From positions 1-54,688 of the IMG/VR virus record IMGVR_UViG_2541047774_000008: a stretch of DNA of 54,688 nt. One strand, given 5' to 3'. The stretch is from a virus. Taxonomy: Duplodnaviria > Heunggongvirae > Uroviricota > Caudoviricetes. Positions 1-9,935 of the stretch are shown in pieces; positions within the stretch are counted from its first letter, which is position 1, and the number at the start of each line of letters is the position of its first letter. Made by a program: the position numbers and the translations under genes. The notes beneath the pieces are model-generated. The model was given only the letters and a program-made list of their open reading frames with translations, was not told the DNA's origin and made no database searches.

Positions 1-3000
1 TCAATGTTCGCTTCCTGTTAACTGCCGGACAAGTGCAACCAGTTCGCTTACCTGATTTTCCAGAGTGGTGATCCGGGTGCCTGCTGTTGCCAGATTTTCA
101 CGTAACGTTGTGTTTTCCTCTTCCAGCGCGGTAACGCGATCATCTGTTTCACGGGCGACCTGAACAAGTAAGCCAGTCACGGCGGCGTAGTCAACATTCA
201 GATAACGTGTTTCTTCACGTAATTCATTGCCGTCAACCGTTGGTCCCTGCAACTCTTTACCGTAATGAGTGAATGAGCCTACCGCTTCCGGTATTGCCTC
301 CATTGCTTCCTGTGCAATAACACCAGCGTAAGGTAGTCCGTTTTCCTTTAGTGTGTAGGTGTACCCGTTCATTTTACGGATAGCTTCGGTTGCGTCACTG
401 ATAATCTGAATATTGTCTTTCAGCTCGCGGTCTGATAACTGATTTAGTGTTGTACAGTTAATAGCACCGTTTACATCAAACAGCTGACCTGACGATGTTT
501 TTTGAGCATAAAACAGATACGCGGCAGACGTTCCAACCTCAAAAACGTTTTGTCGATCACCTGAACCCCACACCTTGACAGCAAATGGTAGTTCTGTATT
601 ACCTAAGTTCTGTAAAACAAAACGATTGCCAGTCCCTGTTTGTTTTGTAAGGGTTAAATCAACAGTTGAATTAACCTCATCCTTGTTGATAGTGAGCGCC
701 TGCGCTTTAGCCCCGTTAACAGCACCTGTTTTGAGTTGAACCGCGCCGTCATTACCATTTAGCAGTATCTCAGCTCCGCTAAAGAAATTTTTTAGCGACA
801 GCATCTTACTTACGCCGACTGATGAACCCAACGCCCACGCGAGAGAATTACCGGTGCTATCAAACCCACGTACAAAGCAATCCATTTTGCTATAGTCTGA
901 CGTGCTTCCAAGGACATCAATCCGCCCTCCGCCAGATTTTATCGGGTTAGATGTGGTTAATGACCTGACAGCAAGATCGGTAGATGAATTGAGATCGTCT
1001 ACTGTTAGTAATTTCTTCCATTCCTGCGTCGTTCCATTTTCAATTGTTCTTCCCCAAAAACCGGAATTGCGGCCTCCGAACTGCACAGCATAATTTTTAC
1101 TAAATTGAACATGAATGCCGCCAAGAACCATAGAGCCTGCCGGGCCGTTTGTACTGCCTGCAATTGGTCTAAATTTGTCGACGTTATCAGTATGCTGAGC
1201 GTTCCAGTCATGACCTGTTAATGTTGCGATTCCTGAGTTAGCTGTAATTAACCCAGACGCTTTAAGATTCTGCACATCAATTCTGTCATTTGCGAAATTA
1301 TATGCAATTGCGTTACTAACGCTTCCGGCATCATCATAATTGCGTTTCTGAATAAACCAGTCGCCAGCATTAGCAATGAGAGTATAAGTAGGCGTGTTAG
1401 CCGGGCGATCTGTTTCATTAAATCTTATTGCTGGGTTAGCGCTCCTTATTTGTAAAGGTTTTTCAACCGTTGATTTCAGTATCGCACTATCTACAATTAA
1501 ATTACCTTCTGAGTTAAGGTTTAGATATTTTGAAGCACCAGTTGAACCATCGTATGTAAACCTTATTGTTAATTGACCTGGCTCATTTGATAAAGTCTCA
1601 ACATACATATCAGCACCAAGACGCACAGTGCTGTCAGTTGCTAACAGTCTTGTATGGAGAATTCCACTAGATGTGTATGTATTGGTCGAATCACTATATC
1701 TATCAAGAAATAGACTGTTAAGTTGAGGGCTGTTGTTCCTACCTAAGCCAAGATTCGTTCTGGCACCATCAACAGTTGCCGCATTAGTGCCTCCTTGTCC
1801 AATAGGTAATGGAACCCATGACGATCCGTTATGGCAACCCCACAATCCAGATGTTGACACCTGAAGTCGTGGCGCTGATGGTGAGTAATTCGAATAAACG
1901 TAAGTAGTCGATTCGCCTTCTTCAATTCTTTCTGTTAATACTATTTTTTTCCATACACTCCAACCTTGTGTGCTGGTATATATCCTTCTATAAAGAATTG
2001 ATGAATTGTTATATACAAAATAGCTCTGGATACAACCATCACTACCATTAGCACCAGTTCTTTGCACTAACAATGCACCAGCAAGCTGTATCGGGTAATT
2101 TAGTTCTGGCTTTGCGTTGGCAGACATTGGTTGGTAATAAAAACCGGCTGTAGTACCTTTTATATCGTTTAAGTTCGTATTCGCATCAAGGCCAGTTTTT
2201 GCTTCAAACATGACTTCAAGTTTAGAGCGCGCTGTACTTGCATCATTCGCCCCTGTGCCACCTTGCGCAACTGCGAGCGGTTGCCATCTACCAGCTTTAG
2301 GGTTAAATGCGCCCCACTGACCGTCAGCATCAACCTGTAAGTAACAGCCGTCCGCCTGAACGTCAGTAGATAAAATGATGGTTCTTGTGTCGCTTGAACG
2401 CTGAAATCGGATAACCTCATCTTTTCTTGCGTGGCGTGTCCATTGCGGGCCTATTGTCGGATTCCAGCGATAAGTATAAAGCGAGCGCGTAGCCCATCCC
2501 TGAAATACACCTGTATACGCTGGTGTTCCATCTACCTGACTAATAAACCCCGTAAGACTGCTTTCACCGGATGCAATCGATGGAAAGCCTTTTGCATTAC
2601 TCATAATGCTCATAAATCCGATATACCCTGATGGGTTGCCGGAAATATCAGGACAATCACGCGGGGCTGAGCCAAGACCGATATTATCGCCAACAATTAC
2701 TTGCGCCTGGTTGCGATAATTAAGTGCGTCCGCCGCAGATTTCGCCGCGTTTGTTTCACTGCTCTTTGTTGCTGCCTCGCTATTTTTCGCGTTGGTTTCT
2801 GATTTTTTGGCGGCTGTCGCGTAGTTTGCCGATGCAGTTTGTGAGGCCGCTGCCGCCTGTGCGCTGTTATCCGCATTCGTCTCAGACGCTTTTGCGGCCT
2901 TCGCGGAATTTCCTGCCGCCGTTTCCGAAGAGGCTGCGCTCATTTCTGATGATTTTGCCGCCTCTTTTGAAGCCGACGCATCCCGGGCTGATGTGCTGGC

Positions 3001-3405
3001 ATCGCTGGCTGACTTCTTCGCGGCTGCCGTGTTCTGTGCCACTACGGACGCGTTACGCGCCACCTCTTCCACCATCAGTTCAAAGCGGCGCAGTGCCTCC
3101 GGACGGGCATCATCCTCCGTCATGGCACCGAGAAAATCATTCAGCGTACCCGGTTGTGAGTCTTCATACACGGTGATGATCCCGGCATGCGATGGCGGGA
3201 AGCCTTCCACCAACAGAATAACGCTGTACTGACCGTACTCAACGTCCATGCTGTAACGCCCGGCTTCATCCGGATTTTCAGATGCCACCGTGTTCACCAC
3301 CACCGTGGTGCTGTTACGTTTTGCTTTCAGCTGGATTGTGCAGTTCTGTACCGGTTTACCTGCACCGTCTTTCAGTACACCTGAAATTTTTACTGCCATA
3401 TTCAC
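1..3405 (-). CDS. side tail fibre protein with C-terminal intramolecular chaperone (peptidase S74-like) domain
   Basis: 1134-aa ORF directly downstream of lom; Ala/Ser/Thr/Lys-rich low-complexity segment; C-terminal ~150 aa (DRELKDNIQ...ENQVSELVALVRQLTGSEH) resembles the autoproteolytic chaperone of tail fibres/spikes; stop codon at 1-3. Confidence 0.85.
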   Translation of the reverse strand: MNMAVKISGVLKDGAGKPVQNCTIQLKAKRNSTTVVVNTVASENPDEAGRYSMDVEYGQYSVILLVEGFPPSHAGIITVYEDSQPGTLNDFLGAMTEDDARPEALRRFELMVEEVARNASVVAQNTAAAKKSASDASTSARDASASKEAAKSSEMSAASSETAAGNSAKAAKASETNADNSAQAAAASQTASANYATAAKKSETNAKNSEAATKSSETNAAKSAADALNYRNQAQVIVGDNIGLGSAPRDCPDISGNPSGYIGFMSIMSNAKGFPSIASGESSLTGFISQVDGTPAYTGVFQGWATRSLYTYRWNPTIGPQWTRHARKDEVIRFQRSSDTRTIILSTDVQADGCYLQVDADGQWGAFNPKAGRWQPLAVAQGGTGANDASTARSKLEVMFEAKTGLDANTNLNDIKGTTAGFYYQPMSANAKPELNYPIQLAGALLVQRTGANGSDGCIQSYFVYNNSSILYRRIYTSTQGWSVWKKIVLTERIEEGESTTYVYSNYSPSAPRLQVSTSGLWGCHNGSSWVPLPIGQGGTNAATVDGARTNLGLGRNNSPQLNSLFLDRYSDSTNTYTSSGILHTRLLATDSTVRLGADMYVETLSNEPGQLTIRFTYDGSTGASKYLNLNSEGNLIVDSAILKSTVEKPLQIRSANPAIRFNETDRPANTPTYTLIANAGDWFIQKRNYDDAGSVSNAIAYNFANDRIDVQNLKASGLITANSGIATLTGHDWNAQHTDNVDKFRPIAGSTNGPAGSMVLGGIHVQFSKNYAVQFGGRNSGFWGRTIENGTTQEWKKLLTVDDLNSSTDLAVRSLTTSNPIKSGGGRIDVLGSTSDYSKMDCFVRGFDSTGNSLAWALGSSVGVSKMLSLKNFFSGAEILLNGNDGAVQLKTGAVNGAKAQALTINKDEVNSTVDLTLTKQTGTGNRFVLQNLGNTELPFAVKVWGSGDRQNVFEVGTSAAYLFYAQKTSSGQLFDVNGAINCTTLNQLSDRELKDNIQIISDATEAIRKMNGYTYTLKENGLPYAGVIAQEAMEAIPEAVGSFTHYGKELQGPTVDGNELREETRYLNVDYAAVTGLLVQVARETDDRVTALEEENTTLRENLATAGTRITTLENQVSELVALVRQLTGSEH

Positions 3406-3463
3406 CCCACAAAAAAGCCCGCCTGAACCGGCGGGCTGTCATAACACTGTGTTACCTGGCTAA

Positions 3464-4063
3464 TCAGAATTTATAACCAACACCCACGATGAACCCGTCA
3501 GTGCGCCAGTCACCACTGCCGGAGCCTTCATAAGCGACATCAATGGCCACGGATTCGGTCGGGTTAAACTGCACGCCAGCTCCCCACGCCAGAGACGTGT
3601 TGCTGTGGCGACCGTCATCACTTCCGGTCAGCACATCGTGCTTTTTCCCCTTGTTGTCAGTTACGCGGAGATAATCCCCGGAGAAAGTCGACACACGGCT
3701 GTAAGCCACACCCGCCATCGCATACGCGCTGAACCATTCATTCACGCGCACAGACGGCCCCGCCATTACGCTGAACCAGCGGTTACGAACGGAATCTTCA
3801 TGCCAGCGGGTATCGCTGTAACAGGTAATCTGGCGATTCTTGTCTCCTGCATAGCTGAACGACGTCACCATCCCCAGTGTGTCCGTAAACTCATAACGGT
3901 ATTTCACGTTAATCCCGTTCAGATCATCACTGCCGGGAACGTTCGTCCGGGCATGAAGATACCCCGCGCTCAGCGTGGACTGATGTTCAGCCGCCCATGC
4001 AGGCGCACCGGATACGGCCAGACAGATGGCTGCGGACAAAATGGCGGCATAAAGTTTACGCAT
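3464..4063 (-). CDS. lom: Lom outer membrane protein (Ail/PagC/Lom family)
   Basis: 199 aa with signal peptide [24 protein letters not shown], beta-barrel pattern and C-terminal GYKF; sits between J and the tail fibre as in lambda. Confidence 0.9.
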   Translation of the reverse strand: MRKLYAAILSAAICLAVSGAPAWAAEHQSTLSAGYLHARTNVPGSDDLNGINVKYRYEFTDTLGMVTSFSYAGDKNRQITCYSDTRWHEDSVRNRWFSVMAGPSVRVNEWFSAYAMAGVAYSRVSTFSGDYLRVTDNKGKKHDVLTGSDDGRHSNTSLAWGAGVQFNPTESVAIDVAYEGSGSGDWRTDGFIVGVGYKF

Positions 4064-4131
4064 AATTACCTCTCGCTTTTCTGCAATAAAAAAGGCGCCA
4101 GAAATGGCGCCCGCATATGGGTTATGAAAAT

Positions 4132-7100
4132 TCAGCTAATCGTGATACCTGCTGTGGATTTCTTCATCACCACAACCAGCAAATCGCTGATACTGGCTGT
4201 GGGATACCAGTCATTTACCAGCCACGCTGATACCGAAAACTCCAGCGTCATGTGACCGCAACCAGCAGGCATATCAATAACACCTGTATAAACCAGCGTA
4301 TTATCCAGCGCGGTACGGTTATAAATTTCAGCACCGTTTTTCTTCACTATCAGGCGGCATGACGAATAAATATCGTTATTCTCCCGCTCATGTTTAGCGC
4401 CACGAAACGCCACCGCGGGAATAACAATCTGCCGGTCAAACGGCTGATCGTCATAAACCCTGACGGTAATGGTCCCTGATGGCCACCGCTCCGGTGCACG
4501 GGAGTCCCGGGGGAAAGCTTTGCCCACTGTTTTAACGAGATCGCCTTCAATCTGGTTCGCGGACAGTTTTCCCAGAACCCGACAGTTCTCGTTAATCGTG
4601 ACATTGTTGAGCGTCCCTGAATTTGCATTCACATTACCGCTGATATCCGCATTTTTAGCGGTCAGCTTTCCGTCTGGTGTCAGGGAAAATGCCGGCGGAT
4701 TTCCACCGCTGGTAATGGTGGGAGCCGTCAGGCGTTTCAGGAACACGTCGTTCATGAATATCTGGTTGCCCTGCGCCACAAACATCGGCGTTTCATTCCC
4801 GTTTGCCGGGTCAATAAACGCGATACGGTTAGCGGCAACCAGAAACTGGCTCAGTTTGCCTTCCTCTGTGTCCTCCATGCTGAGGCCAATACCCGCGACA
4901 TAATGTTTGCCGTCTTTGGTCTGCTCAATTTTGACGCCCCACATGGCATTCCACTTATCACTGGCGTCCTTCCACTCTTTCGAAAACTCCTCCAGTTTGC
5001 TGGCGTTATCCTCCGTCAGCTCGACTTTTTCCAGCAGCTCCTTGCCGAGATGGGATTCGGTTATCTGGCCTTTGAAAAAATCCAGGTAACCTTCCGCATC
5101 ATCGCTCGCCCGACCAACAGCCTCCACGAATGCCGATTTGCCGACGGTGTTCACACTGCGGATATAAAAGTAATAATCACGACCCGGTTTGATATTGATA
5201 CTGGCGGCTATCCAGTACAGCCCCGTGCCAAGATAGCGGGCTGTGGTTTCAACCTGCCTGATATCGGTAATCCGCTTTTCCGAGAACCAGAACTCAAACT
5301 GTACCGTCGGATCATAAACCGCAAGATGCGGCGTTGCGGTTATCTGAAAATAGCCCGGCGTCAGCTCAATCCGCGACGGTGCTGCCGGTGCGGCGATCCG
5401 GAACGATACCGACGCCGGATCGCCCTGCTGTCCCCACGCATTTACCGCCCGGACCGTCAGCCTGTAGTTCCCCAGCGCCAGTTGCGTGAAGCGGTATGTG
5501 GTTTCCGTCGTCCTGGCCGTGCTGACCAGCCGCTCACTGCCGTCATCCGCTGCCACGGTCAGGCGAAGCATAAAGCTCACGCCCTTCACCACCTTCGGCG
5601 TGTCCCATCGCGCCAGCACCTGATATTCCCCGCTGTCTGCGGTGACTTCGGCGGTCAGATGCTGCACTGCTGGCGGCGTGACACCATTCACCGTGCCGCT
5701 CTGGTCACCGTCAAAGTGCGCCCCGTTATCCACGATGGCTTCTTTCTCCGGTACATGCTGCACGGCAGTGATGGCATACGTGCCGTCGTCGTTCTCACGG
5801 ATACTCACACAGCGGAACAGGCGCTGGCGCAGCGTCGGCAGCTTCAGCCCCCACACGCTGTATCCGGCAACGCCGTCAGGAACCCGGCTCACTTTCACCT
5901 TCACGCCGTCGGTGACGGACTGGACCTCCACGCTGACCGGATTGCCACTTCCGTCAACCAGGCTTATCAGCGTGGTGCCGGAGGATGGCAGCGTGATTTC
6001 ACGGTCGAGCGTCAGCGTCCGGGTCTGGCTGTTCACCGCCAGCACACGCCCGCCGATGCTGATCCCCGCATAGTCATCATCACAGATTTCAATGACATCG
6101 CCCGGTACATGGCGAAGCCCTTCGGCACCCACGCTGAAATCCACGGTCTGCGTCTCCAGCAGCTCCGTTTTAATCAGCCACAGCCCGGCGCGGTGTGCCT
6201 GCCCCCGGCTGGTACAGCCAAAGGCATCCATCTTCGTGACGTTACGACCGTAACGGGCAATGGCCTGCGTATCCTCCACAAGCTCTGTCGCCGTCTCCCA
6301 GCCGTTATCCGGGTCAATCCAGTTCACCTCAACGGCATTATGGCGGTCCTTCAGGGCGCTGAAGCTGTAGCGGAACGGCGCGCCATCATCCGGCATCACC
6401 ACATTACTGCGGTTATAGGTCCACACCTTATCCGACGGTCGGTCCTGCACGAACGTCAGCGTCTGCCCGTTCCATACCGGCATACAGCGCATCGCCGAGC
6501 AGAAATCGCTGAGAACATCCCACGCCTTACGCTGTGTGGTCAGCCAGGCATTACAGGTGATGCGCGGCTCCGTGCCGCCAAAACCATTCGGTACCAACTG
6601 GTCGCAGTACTGGCCGATAACGTACAGCGCCCATTTGTCCACATCTGCCGCACCAAGACGTTTCCCCATGCCGTAGCGCGGGTGGGTCAGCATATCCCAC
6701 AGACACCAGGCCATGTTGTTGCTGTATGCTGGCTTAAACGTTCCGTCCCAGATACCGCTGTATTGCCGCGTCTGCGGGTTATAGTTCGACGGCACCTGCA
6801 GAATACGCCCGCGCAGATGATAATTACGGCTCACCTGCTGGCTGCCGAACTGCTCCGAATCCACCTGCACGCCGACCAGTGCCGTATTCGGGTAGCACTG
6901 TTTCACATCGATGATTTCGGTGTATGACGACCAGAGCGTTTTGTTCTGCAGCTGGTCTGTGGTGCTGTCCGGCGTCATCCTGCGCATCCGGATATTAAAC
7001 GGGCGCGGCGGCAGGTTATCCACCACCACCGAGGCCAGATACTGCGAGGTGGTTTTGCCCTTAATGGTGATGTCTTTTTCCGTCACCCAGCCACCGTTAC

Positions 7101-7527
7101 GTTGTATCTGAACCAGCAGGCGGACTTCCGATGGATTCCTGTCCCCCTTTGAGGTGGTTTCCACCAGTGCCTGCACACCGAAGGTAAAGCGCAGACGGTC
7201 GATGTTTGCCGACGTGATGGTGCGGGTGATCGGCGTGTCATATTTCACTTCCGTACCCAGCACCGTCTCGGAGCCGGAGGATTCAAATCCCTCCGGCGGT
7301 GTCTGCTCCTGCTCGCCTGCCCGGAACACCACCGTGACGCCGGAGATATTGGTATTCCCCTCGCTGTCCAGCACCGGCGTACTGTTCAGCAGCACGCTTT
7401 TTAATCCATCCACCGGACCTTCAACCGGACCTTCGCTGATGGCATCAATCACACTCAGCAACTGCGTGGACTTCAGGTTGTCCTTCGCTTCGCGCGGGGT
7501 ATGCCCCTTACTGCTGCCTTTACCCAT
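4132..7527 (-). CDS. J: host specificity protein J (central tail fibre)
   Basis: 1131 aa, recognisably lambda gpJ-like along its length; follows I/K/L/M. Confidence 0.95.
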   Translation of the reverse strand: MGKGSSKGHTPREAKDNLKSTQLLSVIDAISEGPVEGPVDGLKSVLLNSTPVLDSEGNTNISGVTVVFRAGEQEQTPPEGFESSGSETVLGTEVKYDTPITRTITSANIDRLRFTFGVQALVETTSKGDRNPSEVRLLVQIQRNGGWVTEKDITIKGKTTSQYLASVVVDNLPPRPFNIRMRRMTPDSTTDQLQNKTLWSSYTEIIDVKQCYPNTALVGVQVDSEQFGSQQVSRNYHLRGRILQVPSNYNPQTRQYSGIWDGTFKPAYSNNMAWCLWDMLTHPRYGMGKRLGAADVDKWALYVIGQYCDQLVPNGFGGTEPRITCNAWLTTQRKAWDVLSDFCSAMRCMPVWNGQTLTFVQDRPSDKVWTYNRSNVVMPDDGAPFRYSFSALKDRHNAVEVNWIDPDNGWETATELVEDTQAIARYGRNVTKMDAFGCTSRGQAHRAGLWLIKTELLETQTVDFSVGAEGLRHVPGDVIEICDDDYAGISIGGRVLAVNSQTRTLTLDREITLPSSGTTLISLVDGSGNPVSVEVQSVTDGVKVKVSRVPDGVAGYSVWGLKLPTLRQRLFRCVSIRENDDGTYAITAVQHVPEKEAIVDNGAHFDGDQSGTVNGVTPPAVQHLTAEVTADSGEYQVLARWDTPKVVKGVSFMLRLTVAADDGSERLVSTARTTETTYRFTQLALGNYRLTVRAVNAWGQQGDPASVSFRIAAPAAPSRIELTPGYFQITATPHLAVYDPTVQFEFWFSEKRITDIRQVETTARYLGTGLYWIAASINIKPGRDYYFYIRSVNTVGKSAFVEAVGRASDDAEGYLDFFKGQITESHLGKELLEKVELTEDNASKLEEFSKEWKDASDKWNAMWGVKIEQTKDGKHYVAGIGLSMEDTEEGKLSQFLVAANRIAFIDPANGNETPMFVAQGNQIFMNDVFLKRLTAPTITSGGNPPAFSLTPDGKLTAKNADISGNVNANSGTLNNVTINENCRVLGKLSANQIEGDLVKTVGKAFPRDSRAPERWPSGTITVRVYDDQPFDRQIVIPAVAFRGAKHERENNDIYSSCRLIVKKNGAEIYNRTALDNTLVYTGVIDMPAGCGHMTLEFSVSAWLVNDWYPTASISDLLVVVMKKSTAGITIS

Positions 7528-7587
7528 TCCTCACGCTCCATAAACGACAAAACCGCCCGGAGGCGGTTTCACATAAAACATTTTTCA

Positions 7588-8235
7588 TCAGCGACCAATC
7601 ACCACAACCTGACCACCATCACCTTCATCTGCCGTGCTGATCTCCTGAGATACCACCCGCGACCCCACACGCATTTCACCGTACAGAACGGGCAGAACAT
7701 TGCCCTGGGCAACCATGTTATCCAGTGACGAGAAATACGTGTTCTGTTTGCCGTTATCTGTACTGGCTGCCGTGGGCGTCCTGGCTTTCGGTGCCAGCAT
7801 CTGCGCCACACCACCCAGGATCATACTGGCCCCTGCTGCATACATACCCGATACAGCCGCGGCCCCCAGCCAGCCCACAGGGTTCCACCATGCCACCGCA
7901 ATCAGCGCCGCACCCAGCACCGCCTGAAACACACCGCCACTTTTGGCCCCCTCCAGACGCGGAACGATGTGGATCACGGCACCATTTGCCAGCGGCTCAT
8001 TAAGACGGGCAGACAATTCGGTTTCACCTGCATCACGCCCGGCAATCCGTACCTGATACCAGCCGTCACTCAGTTTCTGACGAAACGCCGGGATCTGCAT
8101 GGCCAGCGCCCGGATGGCTTCGGCCCCCGTTTTCACACGAAGGTCGATGCGGCGGCCAAATCGTTGTAAATTCCCGTAAAGGCAGATGCGTGCCATGCCC
8201 GGTGACGCCAGAGGGAGTGTGTGCGTCGCTGCCAT
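7588..8235 (-). CDS. I: tail assembly protein I
   Basis: 215 aa starting MAATHTLPLASPGMARICLYG and ending EGDGGQVVVIGR, lambda gpI-like; overlaps the 3' end of K. Confidence 0.9.
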   Translation of the reverse strand: MAATHTLPLASPGMARICLYGNLQRFGRRIDLRVKTGAEAIRALAMQIPAFRQKLSDGWYQVRIAGRDAGETELSARLNEPLANGAVIHIVPRLEGAKSGGVFQAVLGAALIAVAWWNPVGWLGAAAVSGMYAAGASMILGGVAQMLAPKARTPTAASTDNGKQNTYFSSLDNMVAQGNVLPVLYGEMRVGSRVVSQEISTADEGDGGQVVVIGR

Positions 8236-8876
8236 TTGTCGGTATACCTCTCTCGTTTGCTCAGTTGTTCAGGAATATGGTGCAGCAGCTCGCCGTCGCC
8301 GCAGTAAATGGCGGCATGATTCGGCACCGATGAACCAAAACAGCACAGCAGCACATCGCCCGGCTGCGCCTCTGTCAGTGCGACACGGTAAAAACCAGTC
8401 GCCTCCATATTGTCAAGATAGAGATTCTGGCCGTTACGCCACCAGTCATCCCCGCGATAAAAATCCGGCATCTCAATTTCCGCCAGATGGTATGCATCCC
8501 GGAACAGCGTGTAACAGTCCGTCACCCCGTGCTCAAAGCGCCGCCCGGTAAGATGTGGCACACAGCGGAACTTGTGAATCGCCCCCCGGCAGACCAGCCA
8601 CCACGGCAAATCACTCTGCACCTGCAGCCGCCTGTCGACCTCACTCAGCCAGGGCAGACCACCGGGGTGGCTGTGGACCAGTGCCACAACCTCCCCCTGC
8701 ATCTCTGCCTGCAGCCAGTCCTCCGGCGACATCCGGAAATACGCCTCCGGCTCACCGGAGATATTCACGCAGGGAAAATATCTGTCCCCCTCCGGCGTTC
8801 TCACCACGAAGCCGCACGACTCCGCTGGCGCACATCGCCGGGCGTGCGCCAGAATCGCTGATTCTGTCTCTGTCAT
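8133..8876 (-). CDS. K: tail assembly protein K (MPN/JAB plus NlpC/P60 domains)
   Basis: ORF 8133-8951; start placed at ATG 8876 (MTETESAIL...), 5 nt after the L stop; HSHPGG and C/H motifs; a shorter start at the internal Met (199 aa) is possible. Confidence 0.75.
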   Translation of the reverse strand: MTETESAILAHARRCAPAESCGFVVRTPEGDRYFPCVNISGEPEAYFRMSPEDWLQAEMQGEVVALVHSHPGGLPWLSEVDRRLQVQSDLPWWLVCRGAIHKFRCVPHLTGRRFEHGVTDCYTLFRDAYHLAEIEMPDFYRGDDWWRNGQNLYLDNMEATGFYRVALTEAQPGDVLLCCFGSSVPNHAAIYCGDGELLHHIPEQLSKRERYTDKWQRRTHSLWRHRAWHASAFTGIYNDLAAASTFV

Positions 8877-8880
8877 GGGT

Positions 8881-9579
8881 TTACTGCGAAAGTTTGTTAA
8901 TGGAAAGGTAGCCGCCAAAATTGCCGACGTTATTGCGGAACTTGCAACCACTCAGGCATTTGCTGCATTTATCCTTCGTGATATCGGACGTTGGCTGGTC
9001 ATATTCATCCGCGACCGCCGGGCCATCATAACCGCACTCATCGCCGCGGTAGATCCAGGTGCAGGTGTTGGCCAGCATGATGCGCCCCGGAAAAACAGCA
9101 CCATCCGTTTCCGTCGGTGTGGACAGCACAAAAGAGGCACTGACCGCGCTCAGTTCGCTGCACTGTTCGATGCGCCAGCGGCTGATCACCTCCTGCTCCG
9201 GATCGGCGTCACTGTTTCCGTTGACGAAGTTCACCGCATCCAGAAAACGGGCGTAAACCTTACGCCGGACCACCGTTCCGCCGACCAGACTCTGCAGATC
9301 TTCCGCCATCCCGGTGACCATGCCGTACAGATTAGAGACTTTAAGCGTTGGCCTTGCACTGGCTCCTTTGCCGTTCATCTCAAATCCGCTTCCCTGAATG
9401 GGATAAGCCTGATACTGCCGCCCCTGCCAGGTGACTGGTTCACCTTTTTCGTTCTGCTCATTACAGAAGAAATAACGATCTCCGCCGACTTCTGTCAGAT
9501 CAATTTCCCAGAGCACGACCAGCGCGGATTGCTCCGTTTTAGTGCACTCATTGAGTGTTTCCTGCTGTATATCCTGCAT
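8881..9579 (-). CDS. L: minor tail protein L
   Basis: 232 aa, lambda gpL-like with C-terminal Cys cluster; position between M and K. Confidence 0.9.
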   Translation of the reverse strand: MQDIQQETLNECTKTEQSALVVLWEIDLTEVGGDRYFFCNEQNEKGEPVTWQGRQYQAYPIQGSGFEMNGKGASARPTLKVSNLYGMVTGMAEDLQSLVGGTVVRRKVYARFLDAVNFVNGNSDADPEQEVISRWRIEQCSELSAVSASFVLSTPTETDGAVFPGRIMLANTCTWIYRGDECGYDGPAVADEYDQPTSDITKDKCSKCLSGCKFRNNVGNFGGYLSINKLSQ

Positions 9580-9935
9580 CAGTGAGTGACCTCTTCAAAG
9601 GTACAGTTAAAATCGGTATACATGGTATTATCCGAAATGCTCCACTCCCTGCAGACAACCCGGACAGTCCTGTTGTGTTTTGGCGGACGCCACAAAAAAG
9701 CACGAATCCCGGCATGACGGGATAAAAAACTGTCCAGCGCGGCACGGGAATATTCATCTGTGACACGAAATACCGGTTTAAACGTTTTCAGATCCGCATT
9801 CAGACCACCAGCCCGTCGCTGTTCATATCCGTCACCAAACTTTACCGTAATAACTGATGGCTTTCGTGTCGTCTCCATCCCCTCACGGGGGATCCAGTTA
9901 AAAACTTCAGGCTCAGGCACTGTACAATCCTCCAT
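9579..9935 (-). CDS. M: minor tail protein M
   Basis: ORF 9579-9965 begins with TTG; first ATG at 9935 gives 118 aa whose KFGDGYEQR motif aligns with lambda gpM. Confidence 0.8.
   Translation of the reverse strand: MEDCTVPEPEVFNWIPREGMETTRKPSVITVKFGDGYEQRRAGGLNADLKTFKPVFRVTDEYSRAALDSFLSRHAGIRAFLWRPPKHNRTVRVVCREWSISDNTMYTDFNCTFEEVTH

Noticed and set aside
4903-6927. 674-aa plus-strand ORF
   Set aside because: Lies entirely antisense to J, is Arg/Pro/His-rich with no start context; typical spurious ORF opposite a GC-rich gene.
8875-9585. 236-aa plus-strand ORF
   Set aside because: Antisense to gene L with no independent support.
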